Shown: piece by piece, positions 35,894 through 49,600 of the stretch
Layout of the letters: each line of letters starts with the position of its first letter
Position numbering within the stretch: position 1 is the first letter of the stretch
DNA from: Tubulanus polymorphus
Lineage: Eukaryota > Animalia > Nemertea
Length of the DNA: 64,000 nucleotides
Reading direction: 5' to 3'
NCBI RefSeq assembly: GCF_964204645.1
Contig: NC_134027.1
Span: forward strand, 14,850,485-14,914,484
Notes under the pieces: model-generated
Seen by the model: only the letters and a program-made list of their open reading frames with translations
What the model was told of the DNA's origin: nothing
Databases searched by the model: none
Position numbers and translations under genes: made by a program

Positions 35894-35978
35894 ATTTGAG
35901 ATGTTGCATAGATTGAGAAAAAGATATCGAAACATTGGACAGCTAATTTTTATTTGTAAAATTGTTAAATTTATTGTA

Positions 35979-36833
35979 TTATATTTTCAATTTTTTGGTT
36001 TGTTGATAGGTTTTCATCCGTTCGGTCTGGCGTTTCTGTCAACTGCTTGATCTTGATGTTGTAAATGTATATGTTTCGTCAAATTCTGAAAAAAGTAATT
36101 GTAATTTTATAAAAATATTTTGTTGAGTCCTTTAAGTTGATTAATCGGAAAGCAGCTAATGAACTTACTGCATGCTGGTTCTTCGACTGTTTGCAGTACA
36201 CTCTCCTTGTTAATTGTCGATTGTGTATTGCCTGAAAAATTTTTAAAAATAATTCAGAGATAGTTTATGAGAATAATGAATTAATTTGATCATTTAATAT
36301 CAGTGTATCTATTTGTGTATATATTTAATTCGATAGTGAAATTTGCGATTTTAACTTACTGTATTCTGCTGGTTCCGAGTACTGTATACCAATTTGTGGG
36401 ACACCTTTCTCAATTACAGTTGACTGCAAATTAGCTGGAAAAAAGAATAAATGTTTACACCTGTTTTGAATACTCATAAGAGTTGAATATTGCTAATACC
36501 ATAAATATATATATATATATGTATATTAATCAAATCAGGGAATTGTACCTCTTTGGTCGTGTAACAGGGTCATTTCAAAACTGCACACTTCGGAGAGAGA
36601 ACCGTTTTCAACGCAGTTCATGATTGCATCTTCTATCACGGTTTCTTCAATTGGTGCTCGGGCAGGTGCTCGTGGTGCAGGAACCGGTCGAATCCTGGGT
36701 GCTGCAACTGGGACTGAGTTGTCACCTAAATAATAAGAAACATTTCTTAAAACTAGCTGATAGATATATATATATATATATACATACATACATACATACA
36801 ATGCATGCGTACGTACGTACGTACGTACATACA

Positions 36834-36916
<83 letters not shown>

Positions 36917-38212
36917 TTCCTACATATGTCAAATCAGAATTTGAAGGGTCCAGTTTCGTGTAATTTTCTTGAGATAACTTGTTTACACGAATGTAGTTAA
37001 TAATCCCCCCTCGGTAAATATACCCATCCCCCCAGTAAAAATCTTGAAAAAAATTTTGAAAACTATAAAATTTGTATATAAATTAGTTCCCATTTCTTTT
37101 GACCTTTTCACTGCTTACACAAAACAATGAATGATAGAGAAACGGCCTTTATATTAGATGTGGCAAGTGGTACCAATGTGACTATTGTGTTGAGTTAATT
37201 GCAAATTGTAGGGAGGTGTCCGGTCAATGGGCTATAGGCCTATGCATAAGCACGGGTTAAATTCACAAATTGAGTTGAAAAAAAATTTACAGGAAATTTT
37301 CAGAAGTTGAGGGGAAGCTCAGAATTTTAGGGTATTTAAGGACCCAACCACAGTTCCATTAATATAATTATTAATTACCACCTCCATAATGATTGGACGG
37401 CTTTTAGTTAGACGGTTTTTAAAGTTTTGTACCACCCTCTTAGTTCACGTTTTTCTCGCTTTAGACGGTCGAATTAGCTACATGTATTTTACCGTGGCGG
37501 GCGAATTGTTTCAATCGTCAATTCCATCAACGCTTATGCTTTAAAATAAATAATTCTCTCGATTGATAAAGACTTTAAAGCCAATTAAACAGAAATGATT
37601 CTCAATATGATTTAGCAGTTAAAATATTTATCATATATAATAAAACTTCAAGAATTGCTACTCACCAGTCAAATGTTCCATATCATGAAAACGATATGCA
37701 TCTGCGCACGCAGCCCGTACTGCTTCGGCCCATTTGTTGGTTCGGTCGTTTTCTGGCCGAATATCGCAGCGTGTGTTTTTCCAAGGCCAATTAGCTGGCC
37801 ACCACGGAGCTCTGAAATCATCTTTTCCCCAATGAGGATTAACATCTTTTCCGTGTCCTAATATGTTTTTGCTCGCATAAACTAAATTACTGAGCAGTCC
37901 TCTTGCGCTGTCGGTGGCCAGTGCAGATAATTTTTTCCCGTACACTTCGCACACATCTGGCAACGATTTATCGCAAACTGAGGCTCTCGGTTCTTCATTC
38001 GGAAGCTGAGGAGACATGGCCGCCTCAAAGTTAAGTTTTTGATCCGCCACGACTTTCAGAAATGAATCGGTACCTGTCGTTGCCATTTCATGTACGTTCG
38101 TAATTCTGTTACGATAGATTGTTACAGCCACGACATTGTCACCGGATATCTTATTATATCTCTCCACTGCTTTTTCAATAGCTGCCCAACATTTTTATGA
38201 CGACGCATACAT
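35979..38212 (-). pseudogene. Transposon-borne gene with an NRF1/Ewg/P3A2-like DNA-binding domain (exons 38212-37666, 36725-36549, 36434-36360, 36231-36169, 36085-35979)
   Basis: PHWGKDDFRAPWWPANWPWKNTRCDIR...WAEAVR..AYRFH matches the NRF1 pattern PGWGK..PIWWP.DIPWANVRSDVR..WTQALR..CYKQH. All introns are phase-1 GT-AG. Premature stops at codon 6 and in the last exon. Confidence 0.78.
36765..36914. repeat. Compound (TA)n/(TACA)n/(TACG)n microsatellite
   Basis: Direct observation. Confidence 0.95.
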
Positions 38213-40126
38213 GTTGTGATTTATTGTAGCTGGTCTAATTAAGTTATTATTTATCCGCAAGTGTACGCAGGTGAATGAAAGTGTAGTTGACTTGATGAAC
38301 GCAAATGAATTTATGACCAGAGGACTGGGCTTTATAGGGTGGTCCCGCACCAATTTTTTCCCACAGGCCTGCACTAATTGATTAATTAACAGTTTAAATT
38401 ACTTGTTCATTTCTAGGCGCGTATTTGCTTATACTGTTGTTACTCAACAATCGATCGATGTTATTCCGTCTGTCGTCAAATCTTATTTTGTTTAAATAGT
38501 GTCTCACTTTCTAAATTGTCAATGAGACCCTTGAATCTGACATGTTTTGTTCCAATTCTAAGATAACATCCATTTCGGCTTAATTCTTAACTGCTTTAGT
38601 TCGTTTTAGATTCAATGGTTAAACTGACAACCAAGAAGTTCGCAGTCTTTATGACAAAAGTTTTATTGTAATGAAAAGTGACGGAGGCAGACAGGTGTTT
38701 ATTTGACTTAACCTGTTTTTTAAAAAAAACTTTGAAATAAAATATTTGGAGGAGTATTGAAAAAGAGCATGATGGAGTCAACTTTTTATTTTTATTTCGG
38801 TAGAAAATGCAGTAAATATGGCATTTCGAAGGATCGAAATCACCGCATGCCAGAGCAATGGACTTAGAACCCCGATCTACACAAAATCACCTGATTCATT
38901 GCCGACAAAGCGCATTTCAAGACATTTTCTTCCATCTCCAAGCACGACAAGAAATAAGATCATATGAACAATCATTTATTGATGTGGGCGGGAGTATTTT
39001 GTCTTTTATAAAATAACCAACATAAATTATTACACTAGACGCGGGAGCGCTCGTTTTATTTCTACTAGAGTTTCGTCAATGATTTTTCCGACGCGCGTGT
39101 TGATGAAACAATGTATTTTTTTCATTATATATATAACATTTCTCCCGCGTGTTGAGCCTGGCGTGTTCAATGACCGCTATCTATTTATATATATAAATGT
39201 ATTTTTATGCAATAATGCCTGCACGGTGATTGTAAGACGCATGAAATTTTTGTAAACATCGTTTTCTTCATGAAATAAATATTGAATGTTAAAAAAATGA
39301 GAAACACAGTATCAATTTCGAATGGCCTAAAGGGGATTTTTAGCTACCTTCCAAAAACATGATTTAATGAACTGAATGTCTCTGTGGGCGATTTTGTGTA
39401 GTGTGTATCGTTCTACTGTTACTATCGGTAACCTACTAATATAGCAGTAAACACGTGCATGTCTTTAATCGATACTTGTGTTTGCTGCCGGGAGGTCGTT
39501 CAGATATGCGAGTTGAAAGGAATTTGAAAATAGTTCAAGTTGAACGAATATTCGAGCTGAGCAATTTCTTGTATAAGTGAATAATTTAAATGTAGGGGCC
39601 AATGGTTTAACGGAGACATCAATAGCTTAGATAAACTTTTCGGACTTCGTCGTTCTCGCCTAAGAGTGCTATTCGCTATATCATTAGTAGAGAGACATGA
39701 AATTTCACGATAAGTCACTCGGTCGCGATATGATATTTCAGGCAAAAATCCCCGGCCTGTATACAAGTTTTTCTGCCCATGCAGTATATATGTGGCTATA
39801 GCGGTGGAGTAGGCCTACTGAGTATCTGGGGAAATCCCGGTTCTCCGCAATATTTTACATAACACCTAGTCGAGCATAATTCCGAGCAGCATGCCGAGCA
39901 GCTCGTATTTGCGCGGATCTACAAACGATTGAAACCGAGCAGAGTTCCGAGCAGAGATTATCGAGCAGCTCATATTGCGCTGGGCTAATTTATCAAAACC
40001 GAGCAGAATGTCCGAGCAGTAAACCGAGCAGCGCAGTTGCTCGGCCGCGTAAGTTCCGAGTAATCTTTTGAAAATGGGCATGTTTTATACCTGCCTACTG
40101 GGTTAACAAGACAGTTATAGATTTAC

Positions 40127-40188
40127 CCGTTTAGCAGATTTAAGCGTTCCAGCGCCAATAGTCATCTCCCGAATGTCAACAACAGCCA
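40127..40188 (-). CDS. ELMO: ELMO exon (PH domain)
   Basis: (L)AVVDIREMTIGAGTLKSAKR; AG/GT boundaries; phases fit the neighbouring exons. Confidence 0.8.
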
Positions 40189-40282
40189 CTGCAATAAAAC
40201 AATAACACAAATTGTAACGTATGCCCAATTTCATAAATTTGATGAAACATTGAAAACGGCACTGCAGGACGCTGGGACTTAC

Positions 40283-40390
40283 AAGTAGACTTCGTTTGCA
40301 ACTGTTCCAAAGTTGGACGTGAATTTTCATCACAATCACCATAATGGAATGCTTTGTGGTTTGGTGACAAGCAACAATACCAATACTTGT
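40283..40390 (-). CDS. ELMO: ELMO exon (PH domain)
   Basis: DKYWYCCLSPNHKAFHYGDCDENSRPTLEQLQTKST; AG/GTAAGT boundaries. Confidence 0.95.
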
Positions 40391-40612
40391 CTGAAATAAG
40401 AAAATTTTAACATAAACAAGGTGCCCATGGGCACTGTTAGATTCAACGCAGAAGTTAGTGAATTGAACGAGTTATTCATATCCACCATACTAGACCATAC
40501 ATTGGTTTAGTAAGGTGCTCTATAAGCTCATACTTGACATGCACGTTAAGAAAATGCACGTTATAAAGGTATAAGGTAATTAGAATCCGTATTTTTATGT
40601 TATCGAGTTTAA

Positions 40613-41252
40613 AGGGTACATGCCCACAAAATAGAATATCATATAAAAGTTATTCTTTAAAGTAATATGTTCACAAATTATAAATATGCTACTGATTTCA
40701 ATTTTAGTTTAGCCTTCCCTGAGAAATAAGACTTTTAAATCAGCAATTTCAGCACATGCTCACTGTTATTGTTTATGTGTGCAGGTGCTTGTTTCTGACG
40801 TCATCTTTGATGAACGCTAACTGTTTCCAGTCATTTCACTAGACATTGCAAAGGTCATTTTATCCTCTCGGAAGATTTCTAGAATTAATGAATTCTATAC
40901 TATTGTATATATTGGTGCCGTCATATATGACATGATAAACATATATAAGTGGGTGTACTATATAGCTGTGATTAAAGCAAACAAATGATGTTCATTTTAT
41001 AGATTTTATATAGGCTACTGCGCACTGTGAGCACACACGTGCTTGTGTTTATAACAATGATATCGTAAAAAATAGCGCCGACTGCGGGATGTAGGTGAAC
41101 TACGTAAACTAAGTCAAGAATAATTAAATGTCTAATTTAGAGCTAATCTGTCATCTTTGTTTGATCAGTCACATCTCAGGTTGTTATTTGTATACAAAAG
41201 TAGCATTTGGTTTACTAATCACGAAAAGTACAATTTATTGGGCATGTGCCCT
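40613..41252. mobile_element. Kolobok-like MITE
   Basis: TTAA on both sides; TIR AGGG(T/C)ACATGCCCA; a related fragment lies near 29720-30080. Confidence 0.7.
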
Positions 41253-42159
41253 TTAAATACCAAAATATAGTGTAACTGTGGAGACCGGAAGAAACTATCA
41301 AAGTGCCCCAGGTGTGATGATGTAGGCCACTATGCAAAGAATTGCCCCAAGATCAGCAGGGAAACGGACCAATGGGATTCCCGAGGGCTGGGGGATAGCC
41401 ACTGCGCAAATGGTAGGCCTAGCTGGGGTAGCGAAGTATATTTCTCCGGCGAAAAGACTGTCACCGGATACGGATGGTGATTGGTGCCAGAGACCAGACG
41501 ACGAGGCTAGTAAGGCCATCCCAAAAAAATTGTCCATGCCGAAACACCGACTCAAGTTTTCAGGATAAGTAGGTAGGTAGGTGGAAATATTGTTTTGCAA
41601 AATTTTAGGGCAAAAAAAATCAAATTTATCACCTTTTTTATATGGAAACAATATCAAAAATCTGCGTTGTACACGGGAAATTTGTCTACAGCGCCTAGAT
41701 TTCAATAATAATTTTAAAATTCTTACTTTGTCTGGAGCGTCATCTCTGTGTCCAAAATGAAACACATCATTGAACATATGACTGCTATAACATTACCAGC
41801 TTTAATATAGTCACTAACAATGAATGGCAGCTTATTGGAACACTGCCAGTTTCCTGGAAGACCTTAACTAGGACACACTTGAGGCATGTTTTCTCACAAT
41901 GCACACTTGACTTCAAACATGCGCAGCTCATACATCGGTAGTGGGTCAGTCGATCGGCCATTTTTATCAAAAACAAAATTTAATTCAATGAATCCCCGAA
42001 AAAAGTTTTCACTTGGTACCTTTGAAGTCGGTCTGTCGGATTACGGCAAATGGATCATTATTTTGGGATGGCCTAATGTTTTCACCACTATATCAAAGTC
42101 ACCTCAAAATGGTTCAAACTTGTGTAGTGCGTCATCCTAGCCACGCTGACAGGAATTAA

Positions 42160-42742
42160 GTGACACCTAGATTAAGACCTGACGCTCCACCATTTTCTCC
42201 GTTGCCTACTACGGCGGGTAAAAACGCTGAGGTTTGCGTTCAGTCCCTGGATATGGTGAGGCCACCTATGGTAAATATTGGACATGTGGAGCTTCATGAC
42301 ACGGGGCTCTATTGTCGTGCTATTATAAACAACAAAACGGAAACATCAGTCCTCCTGGACACAGGCGCTGCTTGTACTTTGCTCTGCGCAGTATGGGATC
42401 CAAGTTGTCAAGAGGACAACGAGCTGAGTTGAAACCTGTCCATGGGGCGCTTACTACAGCAAATGGACAACAGTTGTCACCTCCAATTTACCACGTCAAT
42501 GGTAATTACCGATGACTTGAAACAAGAGTGCGTTTTGGGAACAACTTCTTAACCAAATTTGGCGGGAAAATTGACTGTGGTAAGGAAACTTTGTCTTTCT
42601 GTCAGTCGACTGAGATACCCTTATGTGGTACGTCAAGGAAGCGAGCGCATGCAGAGTATTTCTGAGGAAAACTCAATACATTCCGGCAGGCTACAAGATA
42701 GTTGTTGAGGGTTATTTTAGAAATAGTTACTCCCACAACAGC
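42160..42742 (+). mobile_element. Gypsy aspartic protease relic
   Basis: VLLDTGAACTLL, LTTANG, ECVLG..FL; frameshifted. Confidence 0.7.
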
Positions 42743-42746
42743 CTAA

Positions 42747-44285
42747 TGTCACCCTGATATAATTAGCATATTTCATAATCATATAAATCTACAATGTCAT
42801 ATCGAACAGTTCATAACATTTCATTGCTCTACTACATATTAATAATAATAATAATAATAATATAATATAACTTATGACTATAGTGTCAATATGTGCAACT
42901 TGTCTGACACCTAGTTCTCACATTATACTCATGATTCTGTATATAAAGACTATGTAAAGCTATGATAATCATTCTCATTCCGGGATGCAATAAAGATTGT
43001 ACATATAAGGTTTAACTGCCTTGTTGTTCCTGGTGGATGGAATCCTGTACCGCTGGTGTAAATGCTAGTTCCCCAGCCAGCCTGCCGATACAACAACCAG
43101 CCGGTTACAGATGGCGGAGAACCGGATTTACCTTCACAGATCGACGGTTACAGATGGTGTAGAACCCAAATTTAAGTCCTCGTGACTTACACAAGTACAG
43201 ATGAAGCTGTTAAATTATTGGTTGTGACTGGAACGTTGACCTCACGAGAAGATCGTATTCAACTACACCTGTGACAAGATGGCCGTACTGATCGTGAATG
43301 TTGCTGCTGTTTCAGTGGGTACAATGCATTACGGTAACTTTTTGTCAGCCGAAGGCAATACAGTTGCTTCTTTGTCTCGAATTAGTGGTCAGATGAACAT
43401 GATAGAAAATTATAGGAATTTGGATATAAGATACCACCGTACGATCAAAAAAGTTATCGCCGGTTTAAATAGTATGATTCACAATTCTTTTTTTCTAGGC
43501 ATCTAGTTCCAATCAGCATAAATCAATTTTAGTTTCATTTCGTACTATAAGTATTAGAATACGGAACACTTCTCAGGGGATATGTCTAAGGTTAATTAGT
43601 CAAATTCATCTACTTACAGTACAGTGCGTATCTATACTTTTTTCGCAACAAACTATTTCGACTATACTAAAGGTTTAATCGGCAATTTTCATTTTCATAG
43701 GTTCATATTCTTTGTTTGTTAGTCTAACTAAAACATGAAGATGAATTGGTTGAATTTTTATGTGGACAAATATATAATCTCAGTTACACCTGGCCACTTA
43801 TTTTGGATGATAATTTTTAATTATCGAAAGATCTTCAAAACAGAGAAATGCGTACTACTTGCAACTTGCGTCACCAACTGATCTTCGGGACGCTATAACT
43901 ACACAACACGTCGCTACTTCTGTTCGTCGCAGAACCAACCAGAATTCGGGGATCCTCTGCAGATCATTCAAAATCACAGTTAACGTATTATCACATCGTC
44001 CGTAAATAACTACAACATGTGACTCTTTCGTGAATGACTGAGAATCCGGCCGTTACTGTACAGCGTTTGCACATTTTCGCGCGGTGAAAGTCAATCTTTC
44101 ATGTTTTCGCTATGGAAGGAGTTTTGATGAACTTATAGTATCTGCGTTTTCCGCAAATTTGGAGGACCAAATTGAATTGGACAAGGGGGCATCTGTCACC
44201 CTGATATAATTTGCATATTTCATAATCATATAGATCTACAATGTCATATCGAACATTTTCATAACATTTCATAGCTCTACTACAT

Positions 44286-44316
<31 letters not shown>

Positions 44317-44698
44317 TAATATAACTTATGACTATAGTGTCAATATGTGCTTTAAGGTTGTAATCAACATGTGACATTACTCAACATGTTTTCACGATAC
44401 TTAGCTATAGTCAGTGCTCATCGATAATTAATTAATGTCTCTCAAACATGTCACTAGGTGTTTGTTTATGAGTCCTGATGTCTACAACTTGTCTGACACC
44501 TAGTTCTCACATTATACTCATGATTCTGTATATAAAGACTATGTAAAGCTATGATAATCATTCTCATTCCGGGATGCAATAAAGATTGTACATATAAGGT
44601 TTAACTGCCTTGTTGTTCCTGATGGATGGAATCCTGTACCGCTGGTGTAAATGCTAGTTCCCCAGCCAGCCTGCCGATACAACAACCAGCCGGTTACA
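42747..44698 (+). mobile_element. Non-autonomous LTR retroelement (LTRs 42747-43109 and 44194-44698)
   Basis: TG...CA LTR ends, CTAA 4-bp target duplication, purine tract ACAAGGGGG before the 3' LTR, non-coding 1.08-kb interior. Confidence 0.88.
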
Positions 44699-44799
44699 CT
44701 AACCCCCAGAATGATACAGGTGGCAAAATGATGGAATTCTGTACTGCTTAATCGTTAGTAGCCTAAGTCTAACTCGATTCCGGTGAGATTAACCACCAT

Positions 44800-46620
44800 C
44801 CATGGACCTCGTGGTGAAACTCGACGTCGATTACTTGTGAGATAGTACAGGGAAATGTTCCCAATATACTAAGTCTGAAAGACTCGATAAGACTAAATTT
44901 GATCAGAAGAGTAGATAATGTATCAAAGGCTGAACCAATCGTTAATAATAATATACAACATGTAGATACAGGTAGTAAACAGAGTAGTGTTAAAGAATGT
45001 AAAACCAGTATACATGATGTAACTGATGTGGAATTCGCAAGTGTAATAGAAAAATGTCCACATCCTGAAGTTAGAAAGTTATTATATGAGTTTAAAGAGG
45101 TATTCAGTGGTATTGGCAAAATGCCAGGTAAAGTTTCCTTAAAGTATGACCCAGATGTGCCACCTGTAGCGCACCCTTGTAGACCCATACCAGGGCCCCT
45201 ATTCGAACCTGTTAAAAGGAAACTAGACAAGCTTGTTGAGGATGATATCCTAGAGAAAATTCCCGTAGGTGTACCAACACCATGGTGTAGCTCTCTACTA
45301 ATAGTACCTAAGAAGGGTCAAGATGTTAATGTTGACGTGAGAGTGACTATTGATCCCCGCGATATTAACAAGGCTCTTCTTAGAGAATATTACCCTATAA
45401 ATACAGTAGACGAAATAATCATACACTCAGATAGAAAAGGATTGTTTGGCGATAGTATTTGGGTTCCGTAAATTTCATACTGACCTATATGGTCATAATA
45501 TAGTTACTGTTGAAACGGACCATGCACTGTTAGTTAGAATATTTGAGAAACCATTAAGTATAATCCCATTGAGGTTACAAAAAATGAGGATGCGATTGCA
45601 ACACTACCAATTTCAGATAAGAGCATTACCAGGTAAAGATATACTGGTAGCTGATTGTTTGAGTAGGTCATTTCTCTCGGATACATGTGCAAACTTAATG
45701 GATACCAAACATGATAGCATTTTCTCGGTCAGTAGTACAGAGTTAACCCTTTCAGTGCGTCTACACCGCAGTGCGGTGTACGAATCAGTGATGGATTTTG
45801 ATAGTACACCGCTCTGCGGTGTATTGATTAATTAGTAATTACTAATTATCTCTCTTGAAAGATGGCAGCACCTGTCAAACATAGTGAAATATTAGTAACT
45901 AACGATACACCTTGCCGCGGTGTATAAGCACTATAGTGCTATTCCCGTTATTCAACACACTAGGAATTTTTCAGAATTTTCAAATTATCTTCAGCACTAT
46001 AGGGTATTAATTAGCCAGCACTGAAAGGGTTAAAGGTAATGTACTTCTTTAGTAAAGATAGATTTAGTCAACTGAAAGTTGACTAAGTTTAGTTTCTGAA
46101 CTTAGTTCTGAGAAAGTTTAGTTTCTGAAACTAAGAAAGGTCATACTCTGCAATTGTTAATAGATAATATAGCCACTGGCTGGCCAGACAATAATTCGTG
46201 TATCAAACCGGAGTTAGTTCCGTACTGGGAGTTTAGAAAAGAAATAGCATACTTAGATGGGCTTGTATTTAGGGGGAATCGTATTATAATTCCAGTATCA
46301 ATGAGAAAATCGATGTTAAATATCATACACAAGAGCCATCTAGGAATTGTTAAATGTAAACAGTTTGATGAAGCTTTAGATGATTACGTAAGATAATTAG
46401 TTGTCATGACTGAATTTAGTTGTTTATATATCCTATAATTGAAGGGTATAGTTACAGAGTAGAGTCGTTTAGCAAGCATTTTCAATTTTACTATCGTTTT
46501 GGAGAAATTTCATCTCGTTTTGTAGTTTAGTAGCAAAATCTAAATTCGTATAGTGTCTAATTTTATTAAAGAGAGGATGTTATGTATTATGATGTACTGT
46601 ACTTAAGCGCCACCTGTGAA
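44800..46620 (+). mobile_element. Gypsy pol relic (RT N-terminus, RNase H, integrase zinc-finger), internally deleted
   Basis: PTPWCSSLLIVPKK..VRVTIDPRDINKAL; ETDHALL..PLRLQKM..VADCLSRS; GWP..PYW..HKSHLGIVKCK. Purine tract followed by TGTT at ~46578. Confidence 0.85.
45747..46029. mobile_element. piggyBac-like MITE inserted in the Gypsy relic
   Basis: TTAA target duplication; TIR CCCTTTCAGTGC / GCACTGAAAGGG. Confidence 0.85.
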
Positions 46621-46629
46621 TAAACTAGG

Positions 46630-49600
46630 GTTTTATACAAATGGCGACTTGATCGTTATTGTTTCGGATCTGTCCTGTCTATACAAAACATACAGTATGC
46701 CATACGGTAGTGGTATTGTAAGGATAAATGCTTGGTAGACTAGCCTAGCACAAGGATGGTGGGAAAGGTAGATAGAAACACCACCGCTCAAACGCAAGGT
46801 AAGAGGGAAAAAGAGAGCACTTACCCAAGCATGGAATGGAGCACTGTAGCACAGGGAAGACCAGTTGGCCACAGTGAGTCCGTCCAGCTCAGGGCCCCCC
46901 GAATTTCGCAAAATTGATACTTGCGAATATGAGCTCAAACTATGTACATGGATACACCCCTTGTGATCCTGATAATGCAAACGTAAAAATTCTACGCTAA
47001 AGAGTCTGATCCGAAAGAACAGACACCTTGAGCCATAACAACAGGACCGAGTGACGCTAATGAGCCTAACTGGCCTGAAACATCCCGTAAACAAAAAGAC
47101 GTGAATGTCGATGGAGAATTCCAAAAGGCGGCCCGACAGACTTCTTCCAACAGCTGAGTAGCAAGTAGCCATAGACCTCACTTGATGAGAAACAACTCCC
47201 TCCGAGGACAGATTCTCCTTCAATAAAATGTTCTTGATCAGTGAAGAGACCCATCGGGCCACTGTGTCCCGAGAAATATCACCCTTCAGGTGATCTAGCA
47301 GCAGAATAAATAATCGCTCCTGTGAACCCCTTCGTGGAGCAGAGGGATCTAAATAGAAACACAACGGAAGACCCGGTTCCACTCGATGTTTCAGGGCTTC
47401 AATTCGCCATTGACGAATAACCAAGCCTGGCCGTTAGTCCTTTGCCAAAAACTCCAAAGCAGGCCGCAGCGAAACAAATTCCTTCGCTGGCCAGAAGACA
47501 ATATGACCTTGTCGCACTGAAAGTGCATGAATCTCAGAACGACGGGCCGAGCAAGCCAAGAAAAGCAAGAATACAGTCTTTTTTTACAATTTCGCAAATG
47601 ACGCTGCCGGAAGAGGTTCAAATGGAGCCTCCATTAACTTCTTCAAAATTACAGAGAGATCCCATAGTGGAACTATCCTCGGTACCCGAGGCCGGGAAAC
47701 AGATGGCCGCTTAGATCCTGCGATAAAAGAGGCAGCCTGTTCCGCAAAGCCTGAAGCTGACAAGGATCGCTGGACAATGGCCAGGCGAGCAGATTTAACC
47801 ACTGGCTGTTTGGATGATGCCGAAAGTTCCCGCGAGACAGAAGCGATGGGAAATTCGGAAGAATCCTGGGGTTGTGGCACAGTAGGTTGAGAAGTGGTAG
47901 GAACCATTTCTGGGCTGGCCAACATGGTGCTACCAGAACTATATTGCAATTGACTGATCTCTCTATTTGATCTAGCAAGCGTGGGAGGACTGGTGTGGGC
48001 GGGAACGCATACGCATGCATCCCCGACCAGTCCAGAGAGAAGGCATCTACCCCCCATGCTTCCGCATCTGGAAATGGGGAAACAAACAGAGGGTACCTCC
48101 GGTTGAACGGAGCAAACAGATCCAGCAGCCGAGTCGCAAACATGCCTCGAACCCGATTGGCTACTTCTTGTTGGAGAACCCATTCTGTCGCAATAGCCTG
48201 ACCTCGACGAGAAAGGGCATCGGCCATCACGTTCCTTTTCCCTGCTAAATGTGCCACAGTCAGGGAAACGCCCTTTGTCTGCAACCAAAGAATAATTTTG
48301 GTTGACAGATCCGTGAGGATTTCTGAGTGAGTGCCACCTTGATTCTGAAGGTAAGCCCTCACTGTTGAATTGTTCGTGGCTAACCAAATGTGGTGGCCCT
48401 CCACTCTCCTGTGAAAGAACTTCAGGGCCTTCCACACGGGTCCAGCATTTCCAGGAAATTTATGTGGTTGGTGGCCTTGTAGCAAGACCACCTCCCGGCT
48501 TTGACTCGGTTCTCCAGATGTGCTCCCCACCATTGGTGACTGGCATCCGTGAATACACGAACAGGAACCTCTAACGGGGCTAGTGACACCCCGCACCGAA
48601 GATTTGTAGTTGTCAACCACCAATGAAGATCTGGACATCGGTTGGAGGTACAGTAAACAAGGTCTCCCAGTTGCCCTTCGATTGAGACCAGAAGACCTTC
48701 CAATATTGTTGCAAGCGCCTGCTTCTGAGGCGGCCTAAGGGCACCACCAGACCCATGGAGCTGATGGAGCCTAGAAGCCGTGACCAGTAACAAGCTGTTC
48801 TCGGGGTTGTGGGCACTCCCGCTACAGCTTCTTGAAGTTAGGCTACTCGAGCCATAGACGGAAAGACTTCGCTAATTCGGAGATCGTAGTCCATGCCGAG
48901 ATAAGTGAACATTTGGGCCGGGGTCAACTGAGATTTTTCTCTGTTTACGCGGAACCCTAGCTGATGGACTAAGTCCAAGACTGAGGTCATTGCCTCCCGA
49001 CATTCTTGAGCCGAGTTCGCGACTATTAACCAGTCGTCGAGATAAACGAACAGTCGAACACCCCTTGACTGAAGTACCTTCTGAACAGACTTGACCAACT
49101 TGGTGAAAAACCATGCGGCTGTACTGAGGCCAAATGGAAGAGACCTGAATTGGAACTGCAGCCTTTCCACTTTATCCTGAGAAATCGCTGATATTTTGGG
49201 TGAATTGGAACCTGAAAGAAAGCAACTTTCAGGTCCAATGAATTCCGCCCATTGACCTGGACGGAGCCCTTGAATCATGTCCTTGGGTTTGGTCATCCGG
49301 AACCTTGGAATATCTAGGTGCCGATTGAGGGATGACAGATCTATCACCGTCTGTTGACCCCCTATGGCCTTTGGTACCATGAATATTCGAGAAAACCAGT
49401 CGGGAGAAGTTTCGATGCAAACTGTTTCTATCGCTCCCTTCTCGGCCAATTCCTTGAGAGCCGGAGAGATTAAGGCCTCCTGACCTAATTTTGGCCGCAT
49501 GTCGGGAGGTGACCTCGTCAGAAAACGGAGAAGGTAGCCACAAGAGACGACCTGGGAAGGCCAACCGTCTCCAAAAAGGTCGGTCCCGAGAATTCAGTTT

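Larger units (their letters stand above)
30798..40102 (+). mobile_element. KDZ (Kyakuja-Dileera-Zisupton)-type DNA transposon with 208-bp TIRs and two convergent spliced genes
   Basis: TIRs 30798-31005 and 39878-40085 differ at about 3 positions. The right end may extend to ...CCTACTGGG at 40102. Transposase on +, NRF1-like gene on -. Confidence 0.82.

Noticed and set aside
36535-36944. [13 protein letters not shown] ORFs
   Set aside because: Microsatellite translation; only 36549-36725 is a plausible exon.
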